Shown here one piece after another: positions 17,717 to 31,552 of a stretch of DNA of 47,872 nt. The stretch covers positions 1 through 47,872 of the forward strand of contig DASSPM010000008.1 in assembly GCA_035699625.1 (NCBI GenBank), in the 5' to 3' direction. Position 1 is the stretch's first letter. Every line of letters starts with the position of its first letter. The notes below the pieces were generated by a model. It was not told where the DNA came from and did no database searches. It saw nothing but the letters and a program-made list of their open reading frames with translations. The position numbers were made by a program, and so were the translations under genes. This DNA is from Candidatus Limnocylindrales bacterium. GTDB taxonomy: Bacteria > Chloroflexota > Limnocylindria > Limnocylindrales > CSP1-4.

Positions 17717-17745
17717 ATTCTGGTGACAGATCGTCACCACGTCAA
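17717..17745 (-). promoter_or_regulatory. Promoter TTGACG-N17-CAGAAT with a 7-bp inverted repeat in the spacer; likely leaderless TA transcript
   Basis: -35 at 17745-17740, -10 at 17722-17717, only 6 nt to the ATG; TGGTGAC-agatc-GTCACCA at 17721-17739. Confidence 0.7.
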
Positions 17746-17771
17746 CCGATCGAGATGGCCGGGGGATGTGC

Positions 17772-18746
17772 TTACAGGCGCACCCGCGGCGGGCTCTCGC
17801 GGTCGAACATGTGGACCGTGTCGATGAAGCGCACCTGCTTGGTCTGGTAGGCCATCACCAGCGAGTGCGTGCGGGCGCCGCCGCCGAAGAAGCGCACGCC
17901 GTGCAGCAGGTCGCCGTCGGTCACGCCGGTGGCGGAGAAGACGAGCGACTCGCCGGGCGCCAGGTCCTCGGTGCGGAAGATGCGCTCGGGGTCGGTGTGG
18001 CCCATGCGCGCCGCGCGCTCGCGCTCCTCGTCGTTGCGGAAGCGGAAGCGGGCCTGGATCTCGCCGCCCAGGCAGCGCAGCGCGGCCGCCGCCAGGACGC
18101 CCTCCGGGGCGCCTCCCGTGCCCATCACGGCGTGCACGCCGGTGCCCGAGACGGCGCAGCTGATGGCCGCCGAGAGGTCGCCGTCGCTGATCAGCTTGAT
18201 GCGCGCACCGGCATCGCGCACCTCGCCGATGAGCTGCTCGTGGCGCGGCCGGTCGAGGATGATGACGGTGATGTCGTTGGGCTTGCGTCCGAGCGCGGCA
18301 GCGATGCGCTGCACGTTCTCTGCCGGCGACAGGCGGATGTCCACCTGGCCGGCCACGACCGGTCCGACGCAGAGCTTCTCGAGGTAGGTATCGGGCGCGT
18401 TCATCAGGCCGCCTCGCTCCGAGGCCGCCAGCACGGTGATGGCGTTGGCCTGGCCCTTGGCCACCAGGTTGGTCCCCTCCAGGGGGTCCACGGCGATGTC
18501 CACCTCGACCTGGCCGTCGCGCCGCTGCCCGACCTGCTCGCCGATGAAGAGCATCGGCGCCTCGTCCCGCTCGCCCTCGCCGATGACGATGGTGCCGTTC
18601 ATCTCGACCTCGTCCATGGCCGCGCGCATCGCCTCGACGGCGTCGCGGTCTGCGGCCATGTTGTCGCCGCGGCCCATGCGCCGCGAGCAGGCCAGGGCGG
18701 CGGCTTCGGTGATGCGCACCATCTCGAGCGCGAGGAGCTGCTCCAT
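17772..18746 (-). CDS. glpX: Fructose-1,6-bisphosphatase class II
   Basis: Start MEQLL after AGGAGG; EAAAL...GRGD..AAD, VIGEGERDEAPML, DIAVDPLEGT, DGDLS, GGAPEGVLAAAA. Confidence 0.95.
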   Translation of the reverse strand: MEQLLALEMVRITEAAALACSRRMGRGDNMAADRDAVEAMRAAMDEVEMNGTIVIGEGERDEAPMLFIGEQVGQRRDGQVEVDIAVDPLEGTNLVAKGQANAITVLAASERGGLMNAPDTYLEKLCVGPVVAGQVDIRLSPAENVQRIAAALGRKPNDITVIILDRPRHEQLIGEVRDAGARIKLISDGDLSAAISCAVSGTGVHAVMGTGGAPEGVLAAAALRCLGGEIQARFRFRNDEERERAARMGHTDPERIFRTEDLAPGESLVFSATGVTDGDLLHGVRFFGGGARTHSLVMAYQTKQVRFIDTVHMFDRESPPRVRL

Positions 18747-18828
18747 CGGGCCTCCTGGGATGTCGCTGCGGCGCTGGGCCACGCCGGTTGGCCGATCGGT
18801 CATCGGGCGACGCCGCTCACAGCGCGGC

Positions 18829-20376
18829 TCAGTGCCGGAAGTGCCGGCGGCCGGTGAAGACCATGGCCATGTGGTGGCGATCGGCGACCTCGATGGCCAT
18901 GCTGTCGCGGCGTGAGCCGCCGGGCTGGATGATGGCCGTCACGCCGCGCTCGGCGGCGAGCTGGATGGCGTCGGCGAAAGGGAAGTAGGCGTCCGAGGCG
19001 AGGCAGCTGAGCTTGGCCCGGTCGGCTGCCCGGTGGAGGGCGATCTCGGTCGCCACGAGGCGGCTGGCCTGGCCGGCGCCGACGCCCACGATGGCCATGT
19101 TGCGCACCAGCACGACGGCATTGCTGCTGACGTGTCGGACCGCCCGCCAGGCAAAGAGCATGTCGGTCAGCTCCTCCAGGTTCGGGCGCCGCTGGGTGAC
19201 GACCTGCAGCTGCGCCCGGTCGACCTCGCTGGTGTCGAGCGTCTCGACCAGCAGGCCGCCGCTGATGCGCTTGAAGTCGAGCCGGGCGATGCCGTAGTCG
19301 ACCAGGCCGTCGGTCGGCGAGGGCGGCACCGTGAGCACCAGCAGGTCGGGCCTGGTCGTCAGCAGGGCGCGCGCCGCGTCGCTCACGCCGGGCGCCACGA
19401 CGGCCTCGTAGGCGCCCACCACGATGGCCTCGGCGGTCGCTTCGTCGAGCTCGGCGTTGAGCCCGATGGTGGCGCCGAAGGCGGTGGCCGGATCGCACTC
19501 GTAGGCGCGCTGGAAGGCCTCGTAGATGGAGTCGCCCGAGGCGAGCCCGACCGGGTTGGTGCGCTTGACGATGGTCACCGTCGGCTTGGTGAAGTCGGTC
19601 GCGATGCGGAAGGCGGCGTCCATGTCGAGGAGGTCGTTGAAGGTGGGCGGCTCGCCCTGCAGCTGGGTCGAGTCGGCCAGCGAGCCCGAGCGATGGGTCG
19701 TCTCGCGGTAGAAGGCGGCCTGCTGCTGCGGGTTCTCGCCGTAGCGCAGGTCGGTCAGCTTCTCGAGCGACATGGTCAGCCGGTCCGGGAAGCGGGCGTT
19801 GCTGATGTGGTTGAGGTAGCCGGCCACCTCGGCGTTGTAGGCGGCGACCATGGCGAAGGCGTCCGAGGCGAGCTGCTGGCGGAACTCGGGCGTGACCAGG
19901 CCGTGCTCGCGCAGCTCGGCCACCAGGCGCGGGTAGTGCGAGGGGTCGCACACGGCGGCCACGCCGGCGAAGTTGCGCGCGGCCGCCGAGAGGAGGGCCA
20001 CGCCGCCCACGTCGATCATCTCGATGGCCTCGTCGATGGGCACCACGCGCGCTCCCACCTGGGGGGCGAAGGGGCGCACGTTGACGACCACGATGTCCAG
20101 CAGGCCGATGTCCTGATCGGCCAGCTCGGCCAGCTGGTCGGGCCGGTCGCGGCGGGCCAGGATGCCGGCGTAGACGGCGGGGTGGAAGGTCTTGACCTGG
20201 CCGCCGACGAGGTGCGGCACGTTGGTCAGGGCGGTCACCGGCGCGACCTCGATGCCCTCTGCCGCGAGCGCCTCGCGGGTCCCGTCGGTGGCGAAGATCT
20301 CGATGCCGAGGCCCAGCAGCTCGCGCGCCAGGTCGCCGATCCCGTCGCGCTTGGCGACCGAGAGCAGGGCTCGCAA
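18829..20376 (-). CDS. purH: PurH-like AICAR formyltransferase/IMP cyclohydrolase, divergent active sites
   Basis: 515 aa; VKTFHP..GILARRD, IDVGG, LRYGENPQQ, ASDAYFPF.D, IIQPGGS, FTGRRHFRH. Confidence 0.88.
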   Translation of the reverse strand: MRALLSVAKRDGIGDLARELLGLGIEIFATDGTREALAAEGIEVAPVTALTNVPHLVGGQVKTFHPAVYAGILARRDRPDQLAELADQDIGLLDIVVVNVRPFAPQVGARVVPIDEAIEMIDVGGVALLSAAARNFAGVAAVCDPSHYPRLVAELREHGLVTPEFRQQLASDAFAMVAAYNAEVAGYLNHISNARFPDRLTMSLEKLTDLRYGENPQQQAAFYRETTHRSGSLADSTQLQGEPPTFNDLLDMDAAFRIATDFTKPTVTIVKRTNPVGLASGDSIYEAFQRAYECDPATAFGATIGLNAELDEATAEAIVVGAYEAVVAPGVSDAARALLTTRPDLLVLTVPPSPTDGLVDYGIARLDFKRISGGLLVETLDTSEVDRAQLQVVTQRRPNLEELTDMLFAWRAVRHVSSNAVVLVRNMAIVGVGAGQASRLVATEIALHRAADRAKLSCLASDAYFPFADAIQLAAERGVTAIIQPGGSRRDSMAIEVADRHHMAMVFTGRRHFRH

Positions 20377-20446
20377 CAGGGACTCCCTCCGTCCCTCGGC
20401 AGCGGGAAGATCCCCCGTGGGCCGGGGCGCACCGAGGCTGGCGGCG

Positions 20447-20455
20447 AGTATAGCA
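20447..20455 (-). promoter_or_regulatory. Extended -10 (TGCTATACT) upstream of purH-like gene
   Basis: TGn-TATACT about 70 nt upstream of the TTG start; the identical 9-mer precedes csoR (39331-39339). Confidence 0.6.
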
Positions 20456-20587
20456 ACGACCCTTGGCCGGCCGCCCTGCCGCCGACCGGCGTCGGCTCCC
20501 GCCCCGGGTTGTCCGGCCGGCGCGGCCCGCCGCTCGGGACTTCGCTATCCTGCGAGCCTGCCCCGCTCGTGAGCATAGAGGAGACCC

Positions 20588-21046
20588 GTGACGCGCCCGC
20601 CCTGGGAATACCTCTTCGTCGCCTTCAGCCCCGGCGAGATCCGCGGCGTCTCGCAGCCCGGCTTCCCGGACCTCTTCACGCCGCTCTGGGTGGCCTCGCT
20701 GGCGCTGCTCGTGGTGCAGGTCGTCATCTACAACGTGCGCACCCGGCAGCTGCGCCGCTTCGAGCCCCTGGTGACGATGCAGGAGTGGCTCCTCTGGACC
20801 GGCCTCATCACCTTCTTCATGGTCATCGTCGAGGCCGTCTTCAACTGGTACTTCATCTTCGTCGTGATCACCCTCGGCCTGGGGCTGGCGGCCTACGTCT
20901 GGGTCCGCTTCGTGCGTTTCCCGCCGCTCATCGAGGTCTACAACGAACGGCTCCGCCGGGCACGCTTCTTCAGCCAGGAGAAGTACAAGCACCCCGAGGC
21001 GACCATCCGCCCCGGCCGCACGAAGCGCCGGCGCCGGCGGCGCTGA
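20588..21046 (+). CDS. Hypothetical membrane protein (about 3 TM, poly-Arg C-terminus)
   Basis: GAGGAG RBS, TATCCT -10-like hexamer at 20546, three hydrophobic segments, strong GC3 bias. Confidence 0.8.
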   Translation: MTRPPWEYLFVAFSPGEIRGVSQPGFPDLFTPLWVASLALLVVQVVIYNVRTRQLRRFEPLVTMQEWLLWTGLITFFMVIVEAVFNWYFIFVVITLGLGLAAYVWVRFVRFPPLIEVYNERLRRARFFSQEKYKHPEATIRPGRTKRRRRRR

Positions 21047-21055
21047 GCGCGCGGC

Positions 21056-21559
21056 GTGGACATCCGTCGCTTCGGGCCGGGCCAGCGGCGCCCGGAGGGG
21101 CCGCCGGGCACGACCGGCATCACCGGCAAGCCCATCTACGAGGATGGCCGCGGCCTGGTGGCCGAGCTGGCCTTCGCCCGCCACGCCATGATCGCCCCGC
21201 ACAGCAACCCCAACACGGCCCTCTTCGTGGTCATCAGCGGCGGCGGCTACGTCCAGGTGGGCGAGGAGCGGGCGCGCATTAGCCATGGCGAGGCGGTCGT
21301 CTGGCCGGCCGGCGTGCCGCATGGCGCCTACACCGAGGGCACCGAGATGCGGGCCATCGTGGTCGAGCTGTCGGGTGCCGACGATGCCCGGGCGCGGGGC
21401 ATCATCGAGGGTAGCGCCGCCCACGCCCTGGTCGCCGGCGAGTCGCCCGGTGTCGCGGATGAACCGGGCAGCCCGAGCGTGAGCCAGGCCACGGGCAGCC
21501 TGGCCGAGATCGAGCGTGAGCCCGAGGATTACGACCGCTCGAGCGGCGAGCCGCTCTAG
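21056..21559 (+). CDS. Cupin domain protein
   Basis: IAPHSNP...FVVISGGGYVQVG...GEAVVWPAGVPHG (cupin motifs 1 and 2). Confidence 0.8.
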   Translation: MDIRRFGPGQRRPEGPPGTTGITGKPIYEDGRGLVAELAFARHAMIAPHSNPNTALFVVISGGGYVQVGEERARISHGEAVVWPAGVPHGAYTEGTEMRAIVVELSGADDARARGIIEGSAAHALVAGESPGVADEPGSPSVSQATGSLAEIEREPEDYDRSSGEPL

Positions 21560-22257
21560 CGGGAAACGTCGGGCGCGCTGCTCTCCAGCGCGGGGTCGGA
21601 CGAGCCGCCCCGGCCGGCCGCGGCGATGACCGCGCCGAGCTGCCCGAGGATGCGCGCCGTGGCGCCCCAGATGCGGTAGCCCGCCACCGGGTAGGCGCCG
21701 TAGCGCAGCCGCCAGCCGCCCCGGTCGTCCTCGACCAGCTCGATGGGCGCGGGCGGTACGAAGCTGGCCACGGGCGGCTCGAGGATGGCCGCCACCTCCC
21801 GGGGATCGGGCACCAGCCGTGGTGCACGTTCGGCCATGGCCAGCACGGGCAGGATGCGGAAGCCGGTCACGCGCACCTCGACCGGTCCCAGCTCCCCGAC
21901 CAGGCGCACGCCGGCCTGCGCCGCGTCAAGGCCGACCTCCTCGCGTGCCTCCCGCAGGGCGGCCTCGGCCGGCGAGGCGTCGTCGTCCTCCAGCACGCCA
22001 CCGGGGAAGCTCACCTCGCCCGCGTGGCGCAGGTCGCCGGCGGGGCGTTCCGTGAGCACCACGCGGGCCATGCCCTCGGCGTCCGGGTAGAGCAGGACCA
22101 GCACCGCGCCGGTGCGCATCGCCCCGCCGGGCGGCGCCGGCGGCAGACCCAGCTGCCCGGTGGGTCCGGCCACCAGCAGCGGCGCCAGCGCGGCGGGCGG
22201 CTGGGGCAGTGGATCGGGCAGCGACGCGAGGCGTGCTCGAACGACCTCGAAGCGCAC
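21556..22257 (-). CDS. NUDIX hydrolase, CoA pyrophosphatase type
   Basis: AVLVLL...VVLTER...RHAGEVSFPGG...AALREAREEVGL, IWGATARIL; start GTG 22257. Confidence 0.88.
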   Translation of the reverse strand: MRFEVVRARLASLPDPLPQPPAALAPLLVAGPTGQLGLPPAPPGGAMRTGAVLVLLYPDAEGMARVVLTERPAGDLRHAGEVSFPGGVLEDDDASPAEAALREAREEVGLDAAQAGVRLVGELGPVEVRVTGFRILPVLAMAERAPRLVPDPREVAAILEPPVASFVPPAPIELVEDDRGGWRLRYGAYPVAGYRIWGATARILGQLGAVIAAAGRGGSSDPALESSAPDVSR

Positions 22258-22271
22258 CCTCCCGGCCCGCC

Positions 22272-22754
22272 TCAGCCGGCCGGCGGGCGGCCGCCCCAGC
22301 GCGCCAGCTCGGCCTCGATGTCGAGCGGTGCCACGATGCCGCGCTTGTCGTACTCGCCCCACGCCTCGCGCGGCAGCATCCACATCAGCTCGAACTCGTT
22401 GCCGTCTGGGTCGCGGCCGTAGAGCGACTTGGTGGCGCCGTGGTCGGAGGCGCCGGTCAGCGCGCCCAGCGCAGAGAGCTGCTGCGCCGCCGCGGCGAGG
22501 TCCTCGATGCGCGGCACCTCCCAGGCCAGGTGGTAGAGGCCGGTCGCGCCGCGCGGCGGCCGCGGTGCCTCCGGGCCGAGCGCCAGCAGGCCCAGGTCGT
22601 GGTGGTTGCTCGAGCCGCGCGCCCGCAGGAAGGCCATCCGGCCGCCCTCGCGGGCGATCTCCTCGAAGTCGAAGGCGCGCCGGTAGAAGTCGCTCGCGAC
22701 GTCGAGGTCGCGCACGAAGAGGACTGCGTGGTTGAGTCGGGCGACGGGGATCAT
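22272..22754 (-). CDS. VOC/glyoxalase family protein
   Basis: LNHAVLFVRDL..S..FY, HHDLGL, GLYHLAWEV, SLYGRDPDGNEFEL. Confidence 0.88.
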   Translation of the reverse strand: MIPVARLNHAVLFVRDLDVASDFYRRAFDFEEIAREGGRMAFLRARGSSNHHDLGLLALGPEAPRPPRGATGLYHLAWEVPRIEDLAAAAQQLSALGALTGASDHGATKSLYGRDPDGNEFELMWMLPREAWGEYDKRGIVAPLDIEAELARWGGRPPAG

Positions 22755-23992
22755 GGCGAGCCTCCAGGTGCTGGCGTGGGGTCGGATGCGGGGAGCCGGA
22801 AGCGGAGGCCGAGCAGCGGCGGCTCGGCGGCCACGCCGCGCGCGAAGACAAGGACGGCGAAGCGGCCCATGGCCTGCGGGTCGAGGAAGCGCAGCACCGC
22901 GTTGCGCGCGTCGCGGTGGCCGGCCTCGCCCACGTCGGGGCGGGCACGGCGCGAGACGAGCAACTCGCCCAGCTCCAGCCCGGCCAGGAACTCCGCCTGC
23001 GTCGTGCGCCCGAGGAGCGTCAGGCCGGCCTCGGCGGCGGCCCGCTCCAGGGCGCCCGTCTCCACGTGCGCCGTCAGGTCCTGCTCGCCCACCGCGCGGT
23101 ACGGGTCGTCGCCGGCGTGGTGGCCGCGGTAGGTGCGCAGCGTGCCCGCCGGCATGCGCGCGTGCAGCGCGGCGGCCGGACCGCCGTAGTCGATGATCAG
23201 CAGGAAGCCGCGCTCCAGCGTGGGCGCGACCCGCTGCAGCCAATCGATCGCGGCCAGCGAGACCTCGGCGCACTCGCCCTCGGCGAGCTGCAGCCCGCTC
23301 GCCGCCAGGGCCGGTTCGAGGCGCTCGTCGGAGAGCGGCCCTGGCTCGTCGGCGAACCAGCTCTCGCGCCAGGTGACGTGCAGCTCGACCAGGCGGCCGG
23401 CGATGCGCGCCAGGCGGTGCACCGGCAGCGCGTCGAGCAGCTCGTTGGCCACCAGGCAGCCGACGAAAGGCGTGGTCGGGTCGGCCCAGCGCAGCTGCTC
23501 GCCCAGGCCGGCCGCCGCGAAGGCCGCCTCGATGGCGCGCCGGCGCTCCGGACCCGACTCGACCGGTTCGTAGCGCAGCGCCTCGGCCAGGGGAGAGGCG
23601 TCCAGCCGCAGCCCGGCCAGGACGCTCGTGCCGAGCGCACCGGTGCCCGCCCCGTGGTCACGCAGCACGAACGGCTCCGGCCGCCCGAGGCGCTGCCACA
23701 TCTCCTCGAGCTGGCGCGCCAGGGCGTGGCCGAAGATGGGGTCCGTTTCGGGGGCGGTCAGGAAGTCGCCCGTGCGCGTGGCGCGGTCGCTGCGCCGCCG
23801 GTAGTAGCCCAGGCCGGGCTCGTAGAGGGCGAGCTGCATGAAGCGGGCGAAGGGGATGCGTCCCTCCGGCGCCCGCTCGATCGCGTCACGGATGCGCTCC
23901 ACGAGCGGGGCGTGGCTCTCGGCCCAGCGCGCAGCGGCGGCCGCGGGCGCGGGCTGCGTGCCGAGTGGTCCGGTCGTCCTCACGGCGCCCAT
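22751..23992 (-). CDS. SAM-dependent methyltransferase, MidA/NDUFAF7 family
   Basis: IPFARFMQLALYEPGLGYY, GDFLTAPE..PIFG, HGAGTG, VANELLDALP, LIIDYG, GEQDLTAHV; start ATG 23992 is approximate. Confidence 0.88.
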   Translation of the reverse strand: MGAVRTTGPLGTQPAPAAAAARWAESHAPLVERIRDAIERAPEGRIPFARFMQLALYEPGLGYYRRRSDRATRTGDFLTAPETDPIFGHALARQLEEMWQRLGRPEPFVLRDHGAGTGALGTSVLAGLRLDASPLAEALRYEPVESGPERRRAIEAAFAAAGLGEQLRWADPTTPFVGCLVANELLDALPVHRLARIAGRLVELHVTWRESWFADEPGPLSDERLEPALAASGLQLAEGECAEVSLAAIDWLQRVAPTLERGFLLIIDYGGPAAALHARMPAGTLRTYRGHHAGDDPYRAVGEQDLTAHVETGALERAAAEAGLTLLGRTTQAEFLAGLELGELLVSRRARPDVGEAGHRDARNAVLRFLDPQAMGRFAVLVFARGVAAEPPLLGLRFRLPASDPTPAPGGSP

Positions 23993-24035
23993 GATGCCCC
24001 TCGTGCGGCGCCGGCGCCGCGCACGCGGCGGCGGC

Positions 24036-26762
<2,727 letters not shown>

Positions 26763-26782
26763 GGTCGCTGGGATGCTCCTGG

Positions 26783-27853
26783 TCAGGCGACCCCGGCGCG
26801 CGCCCCCGAGGCGCGCCCGGAGCGTGGATCGGGCTGGCGCACGTGCGCCGCGAAGTGCCGGAAGCGGCGTACCGCCTCCGCGTCCAGGCCGCTCGGCAGC
26901 ACGACCCGGGCCTTGACGTAGAGGTCGCCGTGGCCCTCGGCACGGAAGCGCGGCATGCCCTGCCCAACGAGTCGGAAGGTGCGGCCGTCCTGCGTCTCGG
27001 GCGGCACGCGCAGCAGGACGCGCCCCTTGAGCGTCTCCACCGGCACCTCAGCGCCGAGCAGCGCCTCCTCGAGGGTCAGCGGCAGCTCGCGCTGCAGGTC
27101 CACTCCGCGGCGCCGGAAGACCGGGTGCTCGCGCACGGTGACGCGCACGTAGATGTCGCCCGGCGTGCTGCCCCGGGAGGCGGTGCCGCTGAGGCGGATG
27201 CGCTGGCCGGTCTCGACGCCGCGCGGGATGGTCACCTCGAGGCGCCGCCCGTCGAGCTGCACGATGCGGCTGGTGCCGTGGTAGGCCTCCTCCAGGCTGA
27301 TCTCCGCCTCGGCCTGCACGTCGTTGCGCGCCGCCGGCGCCTGCCGCCGCCGGGAGGTCGCGCCCGGCCCGGCACGGCCGCCCTGTTCGTCGAGTCCCAG
27401 CCCCGAGAGGATGTCGTCGAAGCCGAGGCCGGGCCCGCGCCGCGTGCTGCTGCGGCTTGGCCCGGGGGCCCCGCCACCCGCGAAGAAGGTGCGGAAGAAG
27501 TCGCTGAAGCCGGCCAGGTCCTCGGCGTTGCCGTGGTACTCGAAGCGGACGTTGCCCGGCCCGAAGCCGCCGAAACCGGTGCCCGGTCGGAACGGCCCGC
27601 GCGCGCCCGCGGCACCGGCCTGCTGGTAGGCCTCCCAGTTCGCGCCGAGCGTGTCGTAGGCCTTGCGCTTCTCGGCGTCGCCCAGCACGGCGTGCGCCTC
27701 GTTGACCTCCTTGAAGCGCTTCTCCGCGGCGGCGTCGCCCTTGTTCACGTCCGGGTGGTACTGCCGCGCCAGCTTGCGGTAGGCCTTCTTGATCTCGGCC
27801 GCGCTCGCGGTGCGGGGTACACCCAGGATGGCGTAGTAGTCCTTGTACTCCAT
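26783..27853 (-). CDS. DnaJ-class chaperone (CbpA-like: J domain + C-terminal domain, no Zn finger)
   Basis: KDYYAILGV...[14 protein letters not shown]; G/F-rich linker; no CxxCxGxG repeats. Confidence 0.92.
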   Translation of the reverse strand: MEYKDYYAILGVPRTASAAEIKKAYRKLARQYHPDVNKGDAAAEKRFKEVNEAHAVLGDAEKRKAYDTLGANWEAYQQAGAAGARGPFRPGTGFGGFGPGNVRFEYHGNAEDLAGFSDFFRTFFAGGGAPGPSRSSTRRGPGLGFDDILSGLGLDEQGGRAGPGATSRRRQAPAARNDVQAEAEISLEEAYHGTSRIVQLDGRRLEVTIPRGVETGQRIRLSGTASRGSTPGDIYVRVTVREHPVFRRRGVDLQRELPLTLEEALLGAEVPVETLKGRVLLRVPPETQDGRTFRLVGQGMPRFRAEGHGDLYVKARVVLPSGLDAEAVRRFRHFAAHVRQPDPRSGRASGARAGVA

Positions 27854-27892
27854 CGCCGCCCCCTCCCGGTGGTCAGCCGGTGAGGCCTCCTC

Positions 27893-30403
<2,511 letters not shown>

Positions 30404-30414
30404 GGTGTTCTCCT

Positions 30415-30807
30415 TCAGGACCGGTACGCGGTCCGGGCCATGCGCCGGATGGGGCGTCGCGGCGCCGGCCGCTCGGCAGCCGCCTCGGGGGCGGCCTCCT
30501 CGTCCCAGACGGGTCGCTCCTCGAAGAGGGTCTCGAGGATGCGGGTCCCGAGGCGCTCTTCGAGCTCGAAGAGGATGCGGATCCCGGCCAGGTTGACGCC
30601 GAGGTCCTGGGTCAGGTGCCGGATCCAGAGGACCCGGCGGATGTCGTTCTCGGAGTAGAGACGGATGTTGGTGGGCGTGCGCGCCGGGCAGATGAGGCCC
30701 TCGTCCTCGTAGATGCGCAGGGTGCGTGGATGGGCGCTGACGAGGCTGGCGGCCACGCTGATGACGTAGACCGGCCTGCTCGGGTCCCGTCCTGCCCGGT
30801 CGCGCAC
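30415..30807 (-). CDS. hspR: MerR-family heat-shock repressor (HspR-like)
   Basis: PVYVISVAASLVSAHPRTLRIYEDEGL..PART...RLYS..D...GVNLAGI; located inside a chaperone operon; start GTG 30807. Confidence 0.8.
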   Translation of the reverse strand: MRDRAGRDPSRPVYVISVAASLVSAHPRTLRIYEDEGLICPARTPTNIRLYSENDIRRVLWIRHLTQDLGVNLAGIRILFELEERLGTRILETLFEERPVWDEEAAPEAAAERPAPRRPIRRMARTAYRS

Positions 30808-30826
30808 GTTCTCGCCGTCCCTCCGC

Positions 30827-31336
30827 TCAGCGGCCGTTCTGGGCCGACTGCGCGGAGCCCGACGTAGCCTCGACGGGAGTCGCTGCATCGCTGGCGCTGA
30901 TCCTGATCTGGCGCGGCTTGGCGGCCTCCGCCTTGGGGATCGTCAGCCGCAGCATGCCGTTCTCGAAGCTGGCCGTGGCCTTGTCCGGCTGCACGTCGCC
31001 GGGCAGCGTCACGGTGCGGCTGAAGGTGCCGCGGCGGATCTCCTGGTAGAGGTAGCCCGCCTCTTCCTCCTGCCGCTCCGAGCCGTTGGAGCCACTGATG
31101 GTCAGCGTGTCGCCGGTGACCGTGATCTCGACGTCGTCCGGCTTGACGCCGGGCAGCGCCGCCTCGACCACGAGCGAGTCGGCGGTCGAACGGATGTCGA
31201 GTGCCAGGCCCATGTTCGGGCCGCTCGACTCCTGCCAGCTGCGCGGTCGGACGAAGGACTCCTCGAAGAGCTTGTCCATCGCCTGGCGCAGCGTGAGCAG
31301 TTCGCCGAACGGCGACGTCCTTCGGACGATGCTCAT
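30827..31336 (-). CDS. Hsp20/alpha-crystallin small heat-shock protein
   Basis: AGGAGG RBS; LALDI...VEAALPGVKPDDVEI, RGTFSRTVTLP..V..DKATASFENGMLRLTIPK. Confidence 0.95.
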   Translation of the reverse strand: MSIVRRTSPFGELLTLRQAMDKLFEESFVRPRSWQESSGPNMGLALDIRSTADSLVVEAALPGVKPDDVEITVTGDTLTISGSNGSERQEEEAGYLYQEIRRGTFSRTVTLPGDVQPDKATASFENGMLRLTIPKAEAAKPRQIRISASDAATPVEATSGSAQSAQNGR

Positions 31337-31465
31337 TCCTGCACCTCCTGATCGGTGCCGGGCGTCGCATCGTGGCGGCAGGCCCGGCCTTGAGGCCCCG
31401 GGGCGGTGCTCCGGGACGGTCATCTGGACCCTGCCCGCAGGCAGGACCGTGGGTCGAACGGCGGC

Positions 31466-31495
31466 AGCCTATACCCTGACAATGGTGTTGTCAAG
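31466..31495 (-). promoter_or_regulatory. Promoter TTGACA-N17-TAGGCT overlapped by HAIR-like operator CTTGACA-N7-TGTCAGG
   Basis: -35 at 31494-31489, -10 at 31471-31466; perfect TGACAA/TTGTCA inverted repeat at 31477-31493. Confidence 0.75.
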
Positions 31496-31552
31496 AATGC
31501 TGCGGGGATCTCGCCCATCAGAGGCGGGCCCGCCGCTGACCGGGCTGGGCCC

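Noticed and set aside
20377-20587. Canonical ZTP (pfl) riboswitch upstream of purH
   Set aside because: The conserved GACUGGCG and GCCUGGG elements were not found on the minus strand.
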